From contig NC_092679.1 of the NCBI RefSeq assembly GCF_964355755.1, positions 24,964,632-25,028,631 of the forward strand: a DNA stretch of 64,000 nt, given 5' to 3'. The notes under the pieces were generated by a model. That model did no database searches. It was not told the origin of the DNA and saw nothing but the letters and a program-made list of their open reading frames with translations. Positions 52,315-64,000 of the stretch are shown piece after piece. Every line of letters starts with the position of its first letter. Position 1 is the stretch's first letter. Origin of the DNA: Antedon mediterranea (lineage: Eukaryota > Animalia > Echinodermata). A program made the position numbers and the translations under genes.

Positions 52315-54041
52315 GTGTGTAATTCCTAACACACAACACAGATCCAGGGATCGGTGTGTAATTGTCAACACACTCATCCAGGGATGAGTGTGTAATTGGC
52401 AACACACTCATCCAGGGATGAGTGTGTAATTGGCAACACACTCATCCAGGGATGAGTGTGTAATTGTCAACACACTCATCCAGGGATCAGTGTGTAATTG
52501 TCAACACACTCATCCAGGGATCGGTGTGTAATTGTCAACACACTCATCCAGGGATCGGTGTGTAATTGCCAACACACTCATCCAGGGATCAGTGTGTAAT
52601 TGCCAACACACTCATCCAGGGATCAGTGTGTAATTGCCAACACACTCATCCAGGGATCGGTGTGTAATTGCCAACACACTATCCAGGGATCGGTGTGTAA
52701 TTGTCAACACACTCATCCAGGGATCAGTGTGTAATTGGCAACACACTCATCCAGGGATCGGTGTGTAATTGCCAACACACTCATCCAGGGATCGGTGTGT
52801 AATTGCCAACACACTCATCCAGGGATCGGTGTGTAATTGCCAACACACTCATCCAGGGATCAGTGTGTAATTGCCAACACACTTATCCAGGGATCAGTGT
52901 GTAATTGCCAACACACTCATCCAGGGATCAGTGTGTAATTGCCAACACACTCATCCAGGTATAAGTGTGTAATTGCCAACACACTCATCCAGGGATCAGT
53001 GTGTAATTGGCAACACACTCATCCAGGGATCAGTGTGTAATTGTCAACACACTCATCCAGGGATCAGTGTGTAATTGTCAACACACTCATCCAGGGATCG
53101 ATGTGTAATTGCTAACACACTCATCCAGGGATTGGTGTGTAATTGCCAACACACTCATCCAGGGATTGGTGTGTAATTGCCAACACACTCATCCAGGGAT
53201 CGGTGTGTAATTGGCAACACACTCATCCAGGGATTAGTGTGTAATTGGCAACACACTCATCCAGGGATCAGTGTGTAATTGTCAACACACTCATCCAGGG
53301 ATCAGTGTTCAATTGCCAACACACTCATCCAGGGATCAGTGTATAATTGGCAATACACTTATCCAGGAATCGGTGTGTAATTGCCAACACACTCATCCAG
53401 GGATCGGTGTGTAATTGCCAACACACTCATCCAGGGATCAGTGTGTAATTGGCAACACACTCATCCAGGGATCAGTGTGTAATTGGCAACACACTCATCC
53501 AGGGATCAGTGTGTAATTGCCAACACACTCATCCAGGGATCAGTGTTTAATTGCCAACACACTTTATCCAGGGATCAGTGTGTAATTGCCAACACACTCA
53601 TCCAGGGATCAGTGTGTAATTGCCAACACACTTATCCAGGGATCAGTGTGTAATTGCCAACACACTATCCAGGGATCGGTGTGTAATTGCCAACACACTC
53701 ATCCAGGGATCGGTGTGTAATTGCCAACACACTTATCCAGGGATCAGTGTGTAATTGCCAACACACTTATCCAGGGATCAGTGTGTAATTGCCAACACAC
53801 TCATCCAGGGATCAGTGTGTAATTGCCAACACACTCATCCAGGGATCAGTGTGTAATTGCCAACACACTCATCCAGGGATCAGTGTGTAATTGGCAGCAC
53901 ACTCATCCAGGGATCAGTGTTCAATTGCCAACACACTCATCCAGGGATCAGTGTGTAATTGCCAACACACTCATCCAGGGATCAGTGTGTAATTGCCAAC
54001 ACACTCATCCAGGGATCGGTGTGTAATTGCCAACACACTCA
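52315..54041. repeat. 34-bp minisatellite x~51 filling ZNF839 intron 2
   Basis: GTGTGTAATTG(C/G/T)CAACACACTCATCCAGGGATC(A/G) with period 34. Confidence 0.95.
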
Positions 54042-54094
54042 GTTCCTAGGACATTCCCGACAGCTCCTGTCATTATTTTTGCTTTTCATTTCAG

Positions 54095-54571
54095 TTACTA
54101 AATACATTTGTGGACGATGATTTCCTTGATGTCATTCTACCTCGATTACCAAGGGTACTCACTCCCTGGGAGTTCCTTCTCATGAAAATAGAAGGAGAAG
54201 AAACAAAAAGAAAAAACTTTGTGGACATTTACAATGAATATTTAGCTCTTGTAAAAGAAATAAAAAAGATTGCCAGTGGAAGTGTGACACGTATTTCTGA
54301 TACAATTTCAACAGTCAATAGTAGTATTGAAGACAATAGTTCTTCATCTCAGATAAGGTTAGATATTGTGGATGATGTTATAGCTGCATCATTAGGACTA
54401 ACTACAGGTTACTATGAAGTCAAAGACTCTTTAATACCTGCTGTTACTGGACAACCAACTGTAATGTCTCCAGTAATAATTCCATTAATCCAGAAAGAAG
54501 ATGGGAAAAAGAATGAAGTATTGGAAACTTCACTGGCAAAGAAGACAACTTGTAATGAACAAATGGATTCT
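54095..54571 (+). CDS. ZNF839: ZNF839-like coding exon 3 (conserved helical block)
   Basis: LLNTFVDDDFLDVILPRLPRVLTPWEFLLMKIE...FVDIYNEYLAL resembles ZNF839 LPQLAQVVTVYEFLLMKVE...FPAIYKEF; TTTCAG| and |GTAAGT. Confidence 0.85.
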
Positions 54572-55181
54572 GTAAGTGGAGTTTAATTTGGTTTGTACAG
54601 CAAAACTTTTACATTAAAACTGAACTTCAGTCGGAACTAATTTTCTTTACACAAAATTCAATTCTCTGTGGCAAATAAAGTCAAGTAAAAAAATTAAAAG
54701 AAATGTTCCCAAGTTCAGTATGTTGTAGAAAAAATCTTTATAAGTGATAATCATAAATAATTATAACTAGCATATTTGTGTATTAAACAACACTTTTTGT
54801 TACATTTTTTGTTTAGTCACTGATCGGAGTGAACATTTGATGTGCAGGAATCAATCTGTTTAGTTAGTGTGATTACACTAATTAATAATTAAAATAAGTG
54901 ACTTTAGTATTGTACACTAATGTGGTTTAGTAATAGTGTCCTTGTAAGGATTAGGGACTACTTTATAATCTTCTAAAACGGTTTTTTACTGTATGCTTAA
55001 GGCATAAAAATCAGTACATTCAGATATAATGTGTAGAGTTAGAATCAATCGGTCAAAGTGTACAGAAAATATTAACTAATACTAGTTAATCAAGCTCATT
55101 GCCAATCTTTTTTCAAAGACTCTTTATGTGTTATTTCAATGACTATGAAGATTCAGAGTGTTTATTAAATATTCTATACAG

Positions 55182-55337
55182 AGTCAAGTGCCAAAAAATA
55201 TGCCAACTTTAACACCACTTCGTAACAGACCTCTTAATCTGAAATCAGTTGTCACCCCTGGACCAATTGCAGAGCACCCTATTCCACCAGGGCGTCCACT
55301 TCCTGAATTAAAACCGATTATGAATGACGTGGATAAG
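55182..55337 (+). CDS. ZNF839: ZNF839-like coding exon 4 (Pro-rich)
   Basis: TACAG|SQVPKNMPTL...MNDVDK|GTTAGT, phase 0-0. Confidence 0.7.
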
Positions 55338-55594
55338 GTTAGTATATACCAATATTTATTTTTCTACTAGTTTTATTTGAATTAATTTAAATAAACACGG
55401 CCATCGATTAAATTCATCCCCATAGGAACATCATTTGGAATAAGCGTCTCCCTCGAATAAACACCCAGGCAGTTTTCAAATGTAGTTTAAAAATAAATTG
55501 CAATTATTTAGATACCCCATGTGTTACTACTGATGTGTTTGTAAATCATATGGTTCATGATAACATCTGATTGTATTTAATGAATCCTTTAAAG

Positions 55595-55807
55595 GTCTCT
55601 GTATCAGATACAAGTGTTCAACCTGCAATTTCAACTCCTTCAATAATACCTGACAGCTTATCACAAAACTTAGAATTGACCAGAACAGGACAAGACCAAC
55701 TGATTGAATCTTTTTCTGAGGAGGATAATGAATACACTGATGTAGACAAAAGCTCATCGGCAGCAGCACTACCACTGCTGCCAGATGTTGAGAGTGATGG
55801 GTTACAG
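55595..55807 (+). CDS. ZNF839: ZNF839-like coding exon 5
   Basis: AAAG|VSVSDTSVQP...VESDGLQ|GTAAAG, phase 0-0; the acceptor is weak. Confidence 0.65.
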
Positions 55808-55919
55808 GTAAAGCGTACTTTACATATTTCAATATCAAAAGCTCATCAGCAGCACTACCACTGCTGCCAGATGTTGAGAGTGATGGGTCACAGGTAAAGC
55901 GTACTTTACATATTTCAAT
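55747..55919 (+). repeat. ~87-bp tandem duplication of the exon 5 end plus donor site
   Basis: 55747-55833 is repeated at 55836-55919. Confidence 0.9.
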
Positions 55920-56404
55920 GTCAACATAATTTTATTTTGATTATCCTTACTGGAGCAAGACTTCTGGAAAGAAGACCACATTATATCTCAATGTATAGAG
56001 CCCTTTTCTCAATACATAATGATTATTACCATTTTTTAATTTATTTATTCAGATCAAATGTCTTTATGGAAAACAGTATACCACCTTTTAGTATGAAAGG
56101 GTTTGACAAAACAATAAAAACATACTTTGGTTTTTATTTGATACACTTTAAGTTCTGCTCCCACAAGACAGAAATATATAACTTAAACTGCAATTGCAGA
56201 ATGCCAGTCCCACATTGTGACGAATATTCCATGGAACTAGGTGAGCAATGAATGTTGGAATGGCGCTATATAAATTGATAGGTTGCCAGGAGGTCTGGCC
56301 GCCACCGTCGTTGTGTTTAACCCATGACCCCTTTGATTAAGAAACCATACTAAAAGGTATAGGTAGGCACACACACTAGTTGTATTAATTATTTTGTTTG
56401 GCAG

Positions 56405-56722
56405 GAACTGATGGTTGAAGAAGATGTTCTTGGTGAGGTTGATGATACATCTGCAATAGATATCATGCCAGTTGGAAGTACACTGATGCAACTTCAGGAT
56501 GGTATATTTATTGTGCAGAGACCAGATGGCACAACAATGCAGATCCAAGCACCAGATGGGATGAGCATTGAGACAATTCAAGAGCTGTTGTCAGTTGATG
56601 GTAGAATGCAATTCTCTAATGTTGACACAACAGAGATGTCATCAATGGAAACCAATGTTTCAATGGTTTCTGAATTAAATGTCAACCCAACAGATTTGAG
56701 CAGTGAGGTTGCACCAACTTGA
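56405..56722 (+). CDS. ZNF839: ZNF839-like last coding exon (spliced product ~949 aa)
   Basis: GCAG|ELMVEEDVLG...GIFIVQRPDGTTMQIQAPDGMSIETIQELL...APT*. Confidence 0.75.
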   Translation, partial: ELMVEEDVLGEVDDTSAIDIMPVGSTLMQLQDGIFIVQRPDGTTMQIQAPDGMSIETIQELLSVDGRMQFSNVDTTEMSSMETNVSMVSELNVNPTDLSSEVAPT

Positions 56723-57910
56723 TCCTGGTTACCTATGTGCCTTCTAAACAATGACCCTAACCCTTTTTAAACTGTTACTACAGTATACCGTCTTGTGGAT
56801 TAGTTCATATTCAATATACACAATTAACATTATATCAAATATTAAAAAATTCTAAAACTTTCTAAATCCCTTCACTAGTTTGTGAAACTGTAAATGTTCG
56901 TTTCTATATGATATTCAATATTTGCCATCAAATGTAATTATTTAATGTTATTTATAAAATGTTCATTTTTGGCAGTCCAATAATTTAACGAGAATATAAA
57001 TACAAAACTTTACACACATACAAAAAAAATAAGAGATTTCATTGTAATTAACTTTTTATATTTTAATTATTATATTCTGGAAAACTTCTGAAGCTAAAGT
57101 TACATTTTAAATCTATAGCCTACTATATTTTTAATCATTCTTGTCTTTTACGTGTACAGTCTTGAGCAATCCAATAATTTTATTTTAATATAATGTCTAT
57201 CTAGGAAGTCATGAGTCTAACTAATTGATGTAGGATTTTGTCTATTGTAGTACCTACTACTGGTAAAGTTGTCTACTATGAGCCATTCAAACTGCAGTTA
57301 TTGATCTGGGATAATGCATCTATGGAAGCGTTTATTTTGTGTATCATTGTGAGTGGCAGTCTGCACACTTTTGGCACATTTTATGAAGGATCTCAGATTG
57401 ATATCCTTCACCCTAATTAAGGGTTTAACTTAAAATAAGGTTTCTATTTTATCTGGATAAATTACAAATCATGTTTCCACACACATTGTCATCACTGATG
57501 ACGAACTTGGGTGGTGTTTTTGTAAGAAATCTTTTACAAATTTAGGACTATAGTATCTTTTGTTCAGAAAAAATGTATTGTGAATAATTTTACTAGGATG
57601 TTATGATAGTACCTGAATACACTTTATAATTCTGCATGTTTACAATCAAGATTATTTTTCAATTGACCATATTCCTTTTTTAGCAACTATATAAACATGA
57701 TTCAGGGAAGAAGAACAGAAACTACATAGAATAATCTATTTTAGTAAGAAAAGTTTCATGTTATAAAATGAATTGAGATTCAAACAAGACCCATGTATTC
57801 TATGTGGAAATAATTTAAATAAAACGATAAACTATACAGGCATAAGTAGTTAACCTTTGTGTTTTTAAATGTATCATGACTGATTTTCTAAATGAAAATG
57901 TCCTTAGTTG

Positions 57911-58127
57911 TTGTATACCCTTCTCAAACCACTTTGTATCCACCATTTCTGTTTGGTATTTTACCTATAACCAGTTTCAACAAGCATAGACTCAAGTAAC
58001 ATCTTGGCATGTTTTTGTATACCCTTCTCAAACCACTTTGTATCCACCATTTCTGTTTGGTATCCACTATGTTACCTATAACCAGTTTCAACAAGCATAG
58101 ACTCAAGTAACATCTTGGCATGTTTTT
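57911..58127 (-). repeat. ~105-bp tandem duplication covering the last CINP codons, stop and proximal 3' UTR
   Basis: TTGTATACCCTTCTCAAACCAC...CATCTTGGCATGTTTTT occurs at 57911 and ~58015. Confidence 0.9.
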
Positions 58128-58268
58128 CAATATAGGGTTGTGCCTGCCAGATGCTCACATACATCATCAATAAATCTCTATTATTTGAGTGTGCTATGTT
58201 TTCCAAAATAGTTTGTTTTACAGAATATTCCTTTGCATACATGGAAAGAATCTTTTGCGATGTTTCAT
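58072..58268 (-). CDS. CINP: CINP last coding exon (194 aa total)
   Basis: (Y)ETSQKILSMYAKEYSVKQTILENIAHSNNRDLLMMYVSIWQAQPYIEKHAKMLLESMLVETGYR*; the W..QPY and LESML.ETG.R motifs match. Confidence 0.92.
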
Positions 58269-58471
58269 CTGTAAATTAAATTAGTAATAGTTTATGTTCA
58301 GGGCTATAGCCATGTTTCTGATATTTGTGGGGTTCTCCATCAATTTTCTTCAAAGTCTATTTAATTGATGTGGTTGATCAAAAAGTGGTTGAAACCATAC
58401 TGTCCAATGATAATTTACTATATTTATTATTTTAGTAATACAGTATAAAATACTTGAAATGTTTTGCTTAC

Positions 58472-58580
58472 AAAAATATTTAATTGGCCACGTTTGGAAC
58501 GTTAAACTTGTATCTGACTTCAGTTGAATTGTTGCTTCAAAGTGTTTAGTTAATTTACTCATTCTGTGAACAAGCTTTCC
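58472..58580 (-). CDS. CINP: CINP coding exon 3
   Basis: GKLVHRMSKLTKHFEATIQLKSDTSLTFQTWPIKYF (F.TWP...F motif). Confidence 0.88.
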
Positions 58581-59483
58581 CTGAAAAAAAAAGAAGATAT
58601 CTTATTTTAACCATTATTATAAAAAAGCTACTGCCATGCCAACAGTTTTAAACTGATACACTTTTTACTCATTTTTTCTTCAATGCATTTAAAATAAATA
58701 ATAAATCGTTGACTTTGACAAGTTTTTGTGAACCTTTGATATAAAATTTCAAATCTATAAAAACAGTAGATTCAGTCAGGGGATTTCAGGACACCATGCG
58801 GCGCCTATGCTTATAAACTATGGTGTTTTTTTTCGATGGACTTATTATTATTATTATAAAATTATAATTTTTTTTAATCACAAAGTTCTATAGGCTAATC
58901 TTTAAAGAACATTTTACAGTAACAATTTTGTCCATACGACTGTCCGTTGAGGAGTTACGAATTTTTAAGTAACTTGTCCTCCGAAAATAGGCTGAAAACG
59001 CTATGTTATTTCTGTTGGTTACGCTTCGTTGAACGGCATTGTTTGTGTTGTCATCGATCGAAGATGTCTTCCGTTTCGTGAAAAAGGCGTAGGATCTACT
59101 ACTATTCTTTAGAAAACGAGACGCAAACATTAGTAGTAAAAGCAATAATACAATTGTTTTGATCAATATTAAATACCGTTATTTGATTCTTTTTTTATAA
59201 AGTTGATAGGCCTAGGCCTAGTGTAGATCGACAACGCTTATAATATTAACTTTTTAAGACGTGAATGTAGCGAAATCGTATCATCGAGCACTCTTCCGCG
59301 AGAGCAAGTGTAAACGCAAAAGTAAGGGCCCGAGGCCGGCTTTTTGGGTAAGTGTAAACACATTGCGGGCTAAAAAGAAAGCCGGCGTCGGGCCGACTTC
59401 GGGCCGGCTAAGAAATCGTCGATGAAGTGTAAATGGGGTCTTTGTTGTATCAGCTCAGGTGATAATATACTGTAAAGTAGTAC

Positions 59484-59601
59484 CTGTCCATCAAAGCTTT
59501 TTTGTAAGTCATAACAAAGTTCTTGCAACCTGGGTGTCATACTATCCTCGGTAACCTGTCCACATACTTCTTCCACAGGCTCATTTGAATCTGTCTGATA
59601 T
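59484..59601 (-). CDS. CINP: CINP coding exon 2
   Basis: (Q)YQTDSNEPVEEVCGQVTEDSMTPRLQELCYDLQKSFDGQ; phases compatible. Confidence 0.85.
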
Positions 59602-59745
59602 CTGGTAAAATACATTTTAAATAAAAAATTTTTGTAAGTAAAAGCTATTTAAAATAAATTCAAGAACAAAAATTCCAAACATTTTCTTTAAATGACAAAA
59701 GAGGCTTATATGTGTCACATCATAGAATTAGTCGGCTTATCATAC

Positions 59746-59906
59746 TGTGCCTGTAGTTTGTAATTGACTATTTCCTTAGCAGTTTCAAGTCCTGCATCAT
59801 TTAGTTCTTCCCACTTCATCACATGATTATACCAGTCAGCACAGTGGTCTCGTATCACTCGTGCACTGCCCTGAAGTTCTTTGGGCTTACTTAATCTGCA
59901 ACTCAT
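59746..59906 (-). CDS. CINP: CDK2-interacting protein, coding exon 1
   Basis: LQGSARVIRDHCADWYNHVMKWEELNDAGLETAKEIVNYKL resembles CINP SARKIKDNAADWHNLILKWETLNDAG; donor CA|GTATGA; an upstream acceptor at 59924-59926 implies a 5' UTR exon further right. Confidence 0.9.
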
Positions 59907-61402
59907 GCCTTCACATAATATACCTGTTTATTTGGAAATGAATAATATCAGCATTTTAATATTATTATTAACTCATTAAAACGTGCTGCAAAATTAGTTG
60001 ACTGTATCCTTGTGTGATACAAACCATTTGGCAATTTCACTTAATAATGCCACAGTCTGCGCATTCTGTTTTTTGTCCGCTTTAATTGTTTTTGTAGACC
60101 TAATTAAATTTGTTTATGGACAGACATAACACCTACTCATACTGTATATATTGCGTGTAATATGTCTGTTTGTTATGGACAAACACATATTTTAATTGGG
60201 GTCAACAAAAGTAATAGGAGGGCCTACAAAATTATGTTTTTTTGTAACTATCAATGCCAATGATTTATTTAGTGTTTTTGGAATACTGTTTCTTACATGT
60301 TTTATGTTATATTATAATATTGTAATAATAATGGAAATTTGTAAATGGACAGAAATTTTAACATGTAGGTTATTTTGAAATGTTTTCAGTAAATAAATTA
60401 AAACTATATTTCTTTATTTTATAAACAACTAATTTATCTGAAAGTTATGAGGGTTTAAATATTAATAAATAGGCCTAGTTCTTGTACTGTATATTAAAAA
60501 AATGTCAGTTAATGCTCAGATTGTATACCCCATGTCAAAAATGATACATTCCTTAAATATAATAATTAAATCCAAAGGCAAATTACTGAAAAAACGACAA
60601 TTCTGTGGGTATCAGTGACTGGCTCAATGGAGATACAAAAAAAAAAAGCGAAAAGCTAAATCAAAACGATAAAGATAATAACACATAATAATTAATATCC
60701 GGGAAAATTTTCATTTAAAAATTTTGTTTAGCAATATTGCTAATCAAACTGATTTTTAAGTCGAGAAACATAGTTTTGTATATAATAATTAAAAATGTTT
60801 ACTTTTATATTAAAAAAAAATGAAAACCTTTCTACTACTAGTAGGGCCTAGGCCTATCTAGGCGGGACCACCTAGACTATACTATTCTAGATAGTTTAGG
60901 CCTAATAAGCTAGGCCCGGGAAGGGCAGGGAAAGAGCTTCTTAAAGAAGCCTAAGGTAAGCTAGGAAGGAGGAGGCATCCACTACAGGCTAGCCTAGGCC
61001 TACTACTACTACTACTAGCTAGGGAGCTAGACCTAGGTAGGAGCTAGCTAGCCCTAAACCTACTACTGCCCTAAATTTCTCATTACCAAATTAGTTCTCT
61101 TTTCCCAACCTAACCACCAACAATACCACACCACACAGGGTGCAATTTGTCACGGGATACTGACAATTTTAACTAATTAAAGCTAAAATATTCCGTCTGT
61201 AACAGTGTACTCTCTCTGATCCATCCCATTCACCATCCATCATCCCCCCACAAAAAAAAAACAGCGAGAGAGTTAGTGAAGCATGAAATGGTAGTCGTTG
61301 AATAAACATAAAGTAGGCGGAGCGAGCATGTGCAACGTATGGTGTGGCGCGGCCTAGATTGATGACTGACTGTCCCTGGAGAGAGAGGGAAGAGCTACTG
61401 GT

Positions 61403-61505
61403 TCAGGGACGATTCGGCCCGGGACTATTCGGCCCACTTTTGGTGGGACGATTCGGCCCACTTTTGGGCCGAAACATCCCACTTTGTGGGCCGAAACGTC
61501 TCACT
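61403..61505. repeat. Short modular inverted/tandem repeat (MITE end), GGGACGATTCGGCCC units
   Basis: Three forward units followed by two reverse-like GGGCCGAAAC units; no TSD found. Confidence 0.55.
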
Positions 61506-61690
61506 TTAGACCAAATTCATATTCATTTTTTTGGGTATTTATCAAGTTTTTAAAGGTGTTTAACAATCCGTATTTTATTGATATTGACAATTTTGATATA
61601 ATATATATAATAAATTACTAAAAAAACGTAATTTTATATTCAATTTATTACTTCGAAAACCTTGTTTATTTCGTGCATTCGCCAAGCGGG

Positions 61691-62614
61691 CTGTCACGAT
61701 AAATATGGTCCGGGGCCAAAATCGGTCCGGCCGGACCAGTTTTGGCTCTAAAATTGTGGCCAAAAGCAGTCCGCCACTGCCAAAATCGGTCCGGGCTTTT
61801 CTTCTGTCGATTTTAATTGAATTACTAGGCCTATGATGCTGTTTTAAATTGTTTATGGCTATAAAAATATCCCATGATATATATTAGTAAGTTATCTTGT
61901 CGGATAAATACTATAAATAAATGTATTTTATCTAAAAACATGACTTAGGTGTTCACTCATATTTCGGCCTGCCACACACTCACATGAACGGGTATGAGAC
62001 GCTGATATTGCCAGCTAGATTTGATTTATGATTGAGGCCTTTTTCCTTTTCCTCAGCCTAATCAATATTGGATAATTTTTTTCTAATAATTGTATTGAAT
62101 TGATATATTGATTGATTAACCATAAATAATTAATAAATTAAATTGTTTTTAACATCATGGGGAAACGAAGATGTTAAAAAAGAACAAAATGGATTAAAAA
62201 CAGGCAGAGATACATATTGTATACAAAAAGCCTAACAATTAGTACTTATTATTGATGAGTTACTACTAATAATGATAATAAAAAAACAGGCTTAATTTAT
62301 AATATTAAAATAACAAATAAAACCCCATAGTTTTCAATATAATGACTAATCATGGCCTTTTTTTTTTAATGATATATACATTATGACTCATATTGCGCAC
62401 CATATATTTGTAAGACCGGACCATATTTGGCGGCCAAAAACAGTCCTACTGCCCGGACCAATTTTATCCAGGCCGGACCAGTTTTGGCGGCCAAAATTGG
62501 TCCGGCCGGACAGGTTTTGGCAGCAGCCATAAATGGTCCCACGGACTGATTTTGGCAGCCAAAACTGGTCCGCCGGACCGATTTTGGCCCGGCGGACTGA
62601 TTTTGGCGTGACAG
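61691..62614. mobile_element. MITE with modular subterminal repeats (GGTCCGGCCGGACC / GCCAAAA)
   Basis: Termini CTGTCACG...CGTGACAG; palindromic GGTCCG/CGGACC units clustered at both ends; no clear TSD. Confidence 0.65.
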
Positions 62615-62661
62615 AGGGCGTAAATTGTATACATCGTTCGCGCATGGAGGTATTATTATAT

Positions 62662-62870
62662 GGGATCCAGTCAAGTCGCCCCATCGCAAAGTCGCCCCAT
62701 ACAAAGTCGCCCAATACAAAGTCGCCCCATCGCAAAGTCGCCCCAAAACAAAGTCGCCCCGGCACAGTCGCCCCATTACAAAGTCGCCCCATCGCAAAGT
62801 CGCCCCAACGCAAAGTCGCCCCATCGCAAAGTCGCCCCAACGCAAAGTCGCCCCATCGCAAAGTCGCCCA
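62662..62870 (+). repeat. 16-17-bp tandem repeat x~12 (AAAGTCGCCCCATCGC), probable left end of another modular-TIR element
   Basis: GGATCCAGTC followed by repeated CAAAGTCGCCCC; the matching inverted end is not seen in the window. Confidence 0.7.
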
Positions 62871-64000
62871 CGGTTTTATTTCGGAAGTGCCGCCGCTAGT
62901 AGTACGCTGTTTTAATCATATAGCGGTTGCGTTTGATATCGATTGCGTTGTTACTTTGGTCGCGCTAAATGTCGTATACATTATAATGTTTATCCAGCTA
63001 TTATACATAATTTGTGTTTTAATTTTTATTTTACAGGTTATAATGGAGTGATGTGCTTTTTAAAAATCATTAAAAAATAGTCCCTTGTTTGAAAGTTCTA
63101 AAAAGATTTCGAAAAGATTATCCCTGATTTATAGTTTCGAAAATGTTAATTTAATATGATTTTAAAATTAGTTACCAGAGCCACAATTACGAATCTTTCT
63201 TCAACCTACGCGTGGATACCAGCTCATTTTTTAGGATAATATAATAAGTGTATAAATAGTAGGCCTTCGTATATTTACAGTAGTTAAAACAATAACAGCG
63301 TTGTAAGACAATAAATGTTATATAGGCTACTTATTGATCATTTTGCATTTATTGACAAGTTATGTGTCTATAGTTATTTAATTTTAATTATGACTTTTCA
63401 AAATGAAGAAATAAAAAAAAGGGGATTTCTTCGCCGATATGATCGTTTTACACATGCAGGTATTTTAGTAAAATTAAAACGCTACATTTTGACCATGGAA
63501 AAACCATCGTACAGTATGATTATCGTGTGCGTGTTTTTTAAAAAGGGGAATCCCCGACGGGCAGCAGAAAGACGTAGCAGCTGTGAGAAGGAAACAGATA
63601 CCAGAAGGAGCAGCTCCGATTGGTTTCAGAGAATGTTTCAGATTGCGAGTCGCTTTTTATTCAACAGCAGAATGATCATTTTACTGAAGAAATTCTTTTC
63701 AACCCTTTTGGTTATAGAACATTCTAATTATCATGCCTAATAAATATCCTCATATCGGGTGTTTATTTAATTTTAATAAACAAGACAGTGAAGAGGCACG
63801 GAATAATACGTACACGGACGTACGACGAATACACACATGCACGTCACCATTTACGACATAATAGTGGCGATATCATGATGCAATTTTATAATGGATATAA
63901 TGATGGGATTGCATTTCCAGGCTTATAATCAATGTTCATTGTAATACTATGTATATAATAGTAAACTGAATGTTTATAAATAAATTGTTTTACCTAATTT

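Noticed and set aside
52315-54041. 34-bp dyad repeat as CRISPR; ORFs 52129, 52184, 53823
   Set aside because: Head-to-tail minisatellite without spacers, inside an intron; the ORFs are repeat translations.
59300-59440. GC-rich GTGTAAA/GGCCGGC segment ending GTGTAAATGGGGTCT as a full Harbinger MITE
   Set aside because: Looks like one end only; no matching left TIR or TSD found.
62381-63051. Five overlapping 79-172 aa ORFs
   Set aside because: Produced by stop-free GC-rich tandem repeats, open in several frames at once.

Overview
AT-rich eukaryotic (metazoan) genomic DNA with spliceosomal introns. A non-vertebrate deuterostome such as an echinoderm is plausible, but this is inference. Four protein-coding genes can be spliced by eye: (1) a 74-aa serine palmitoyltransferase small subunit (SPTSS, +, 11713-15271) split by a U12-type intron; (2) a ~918-aa Na+/Ca2+ exchanger (SLC8/NCX, +, 29941-41464); (3) a ~949-aa ZNF839-like gene (+, 50316-56722); (4) a 194-aa CINP (-, 59906-58072), convergent with ZNF839 as in human. 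The most striking structure is a 9.6-kb non-coding foldback element (1934-11530). It has an 8-bp TSD and 148-bp unique terminal inverted repeats, and it is otherwise built entirely of a ~181-bp satellite in two opposed arms (~35 and ~16 units) that meet with no spacer, ~180 bp upstream of the SPTSS start codon. The rest is dense with non-autonomous DNA transposons whose TIRs/TSDs are readable: Kolobok-like (TTAA), hAT (8-bp and 5-bp TSD), Harbinger-like (TWA), MULE-like, P-like (7-bp TSD, including 30- and 76-bp footprint-like inserts), and a Helentron-like element nested in its own T-run. There are also several minisatellites. No transposase ORF, rRNA, tRNA or CRISPR array is evident. All coordinates, copy counts and family names were read by eye without alignment or database searches.
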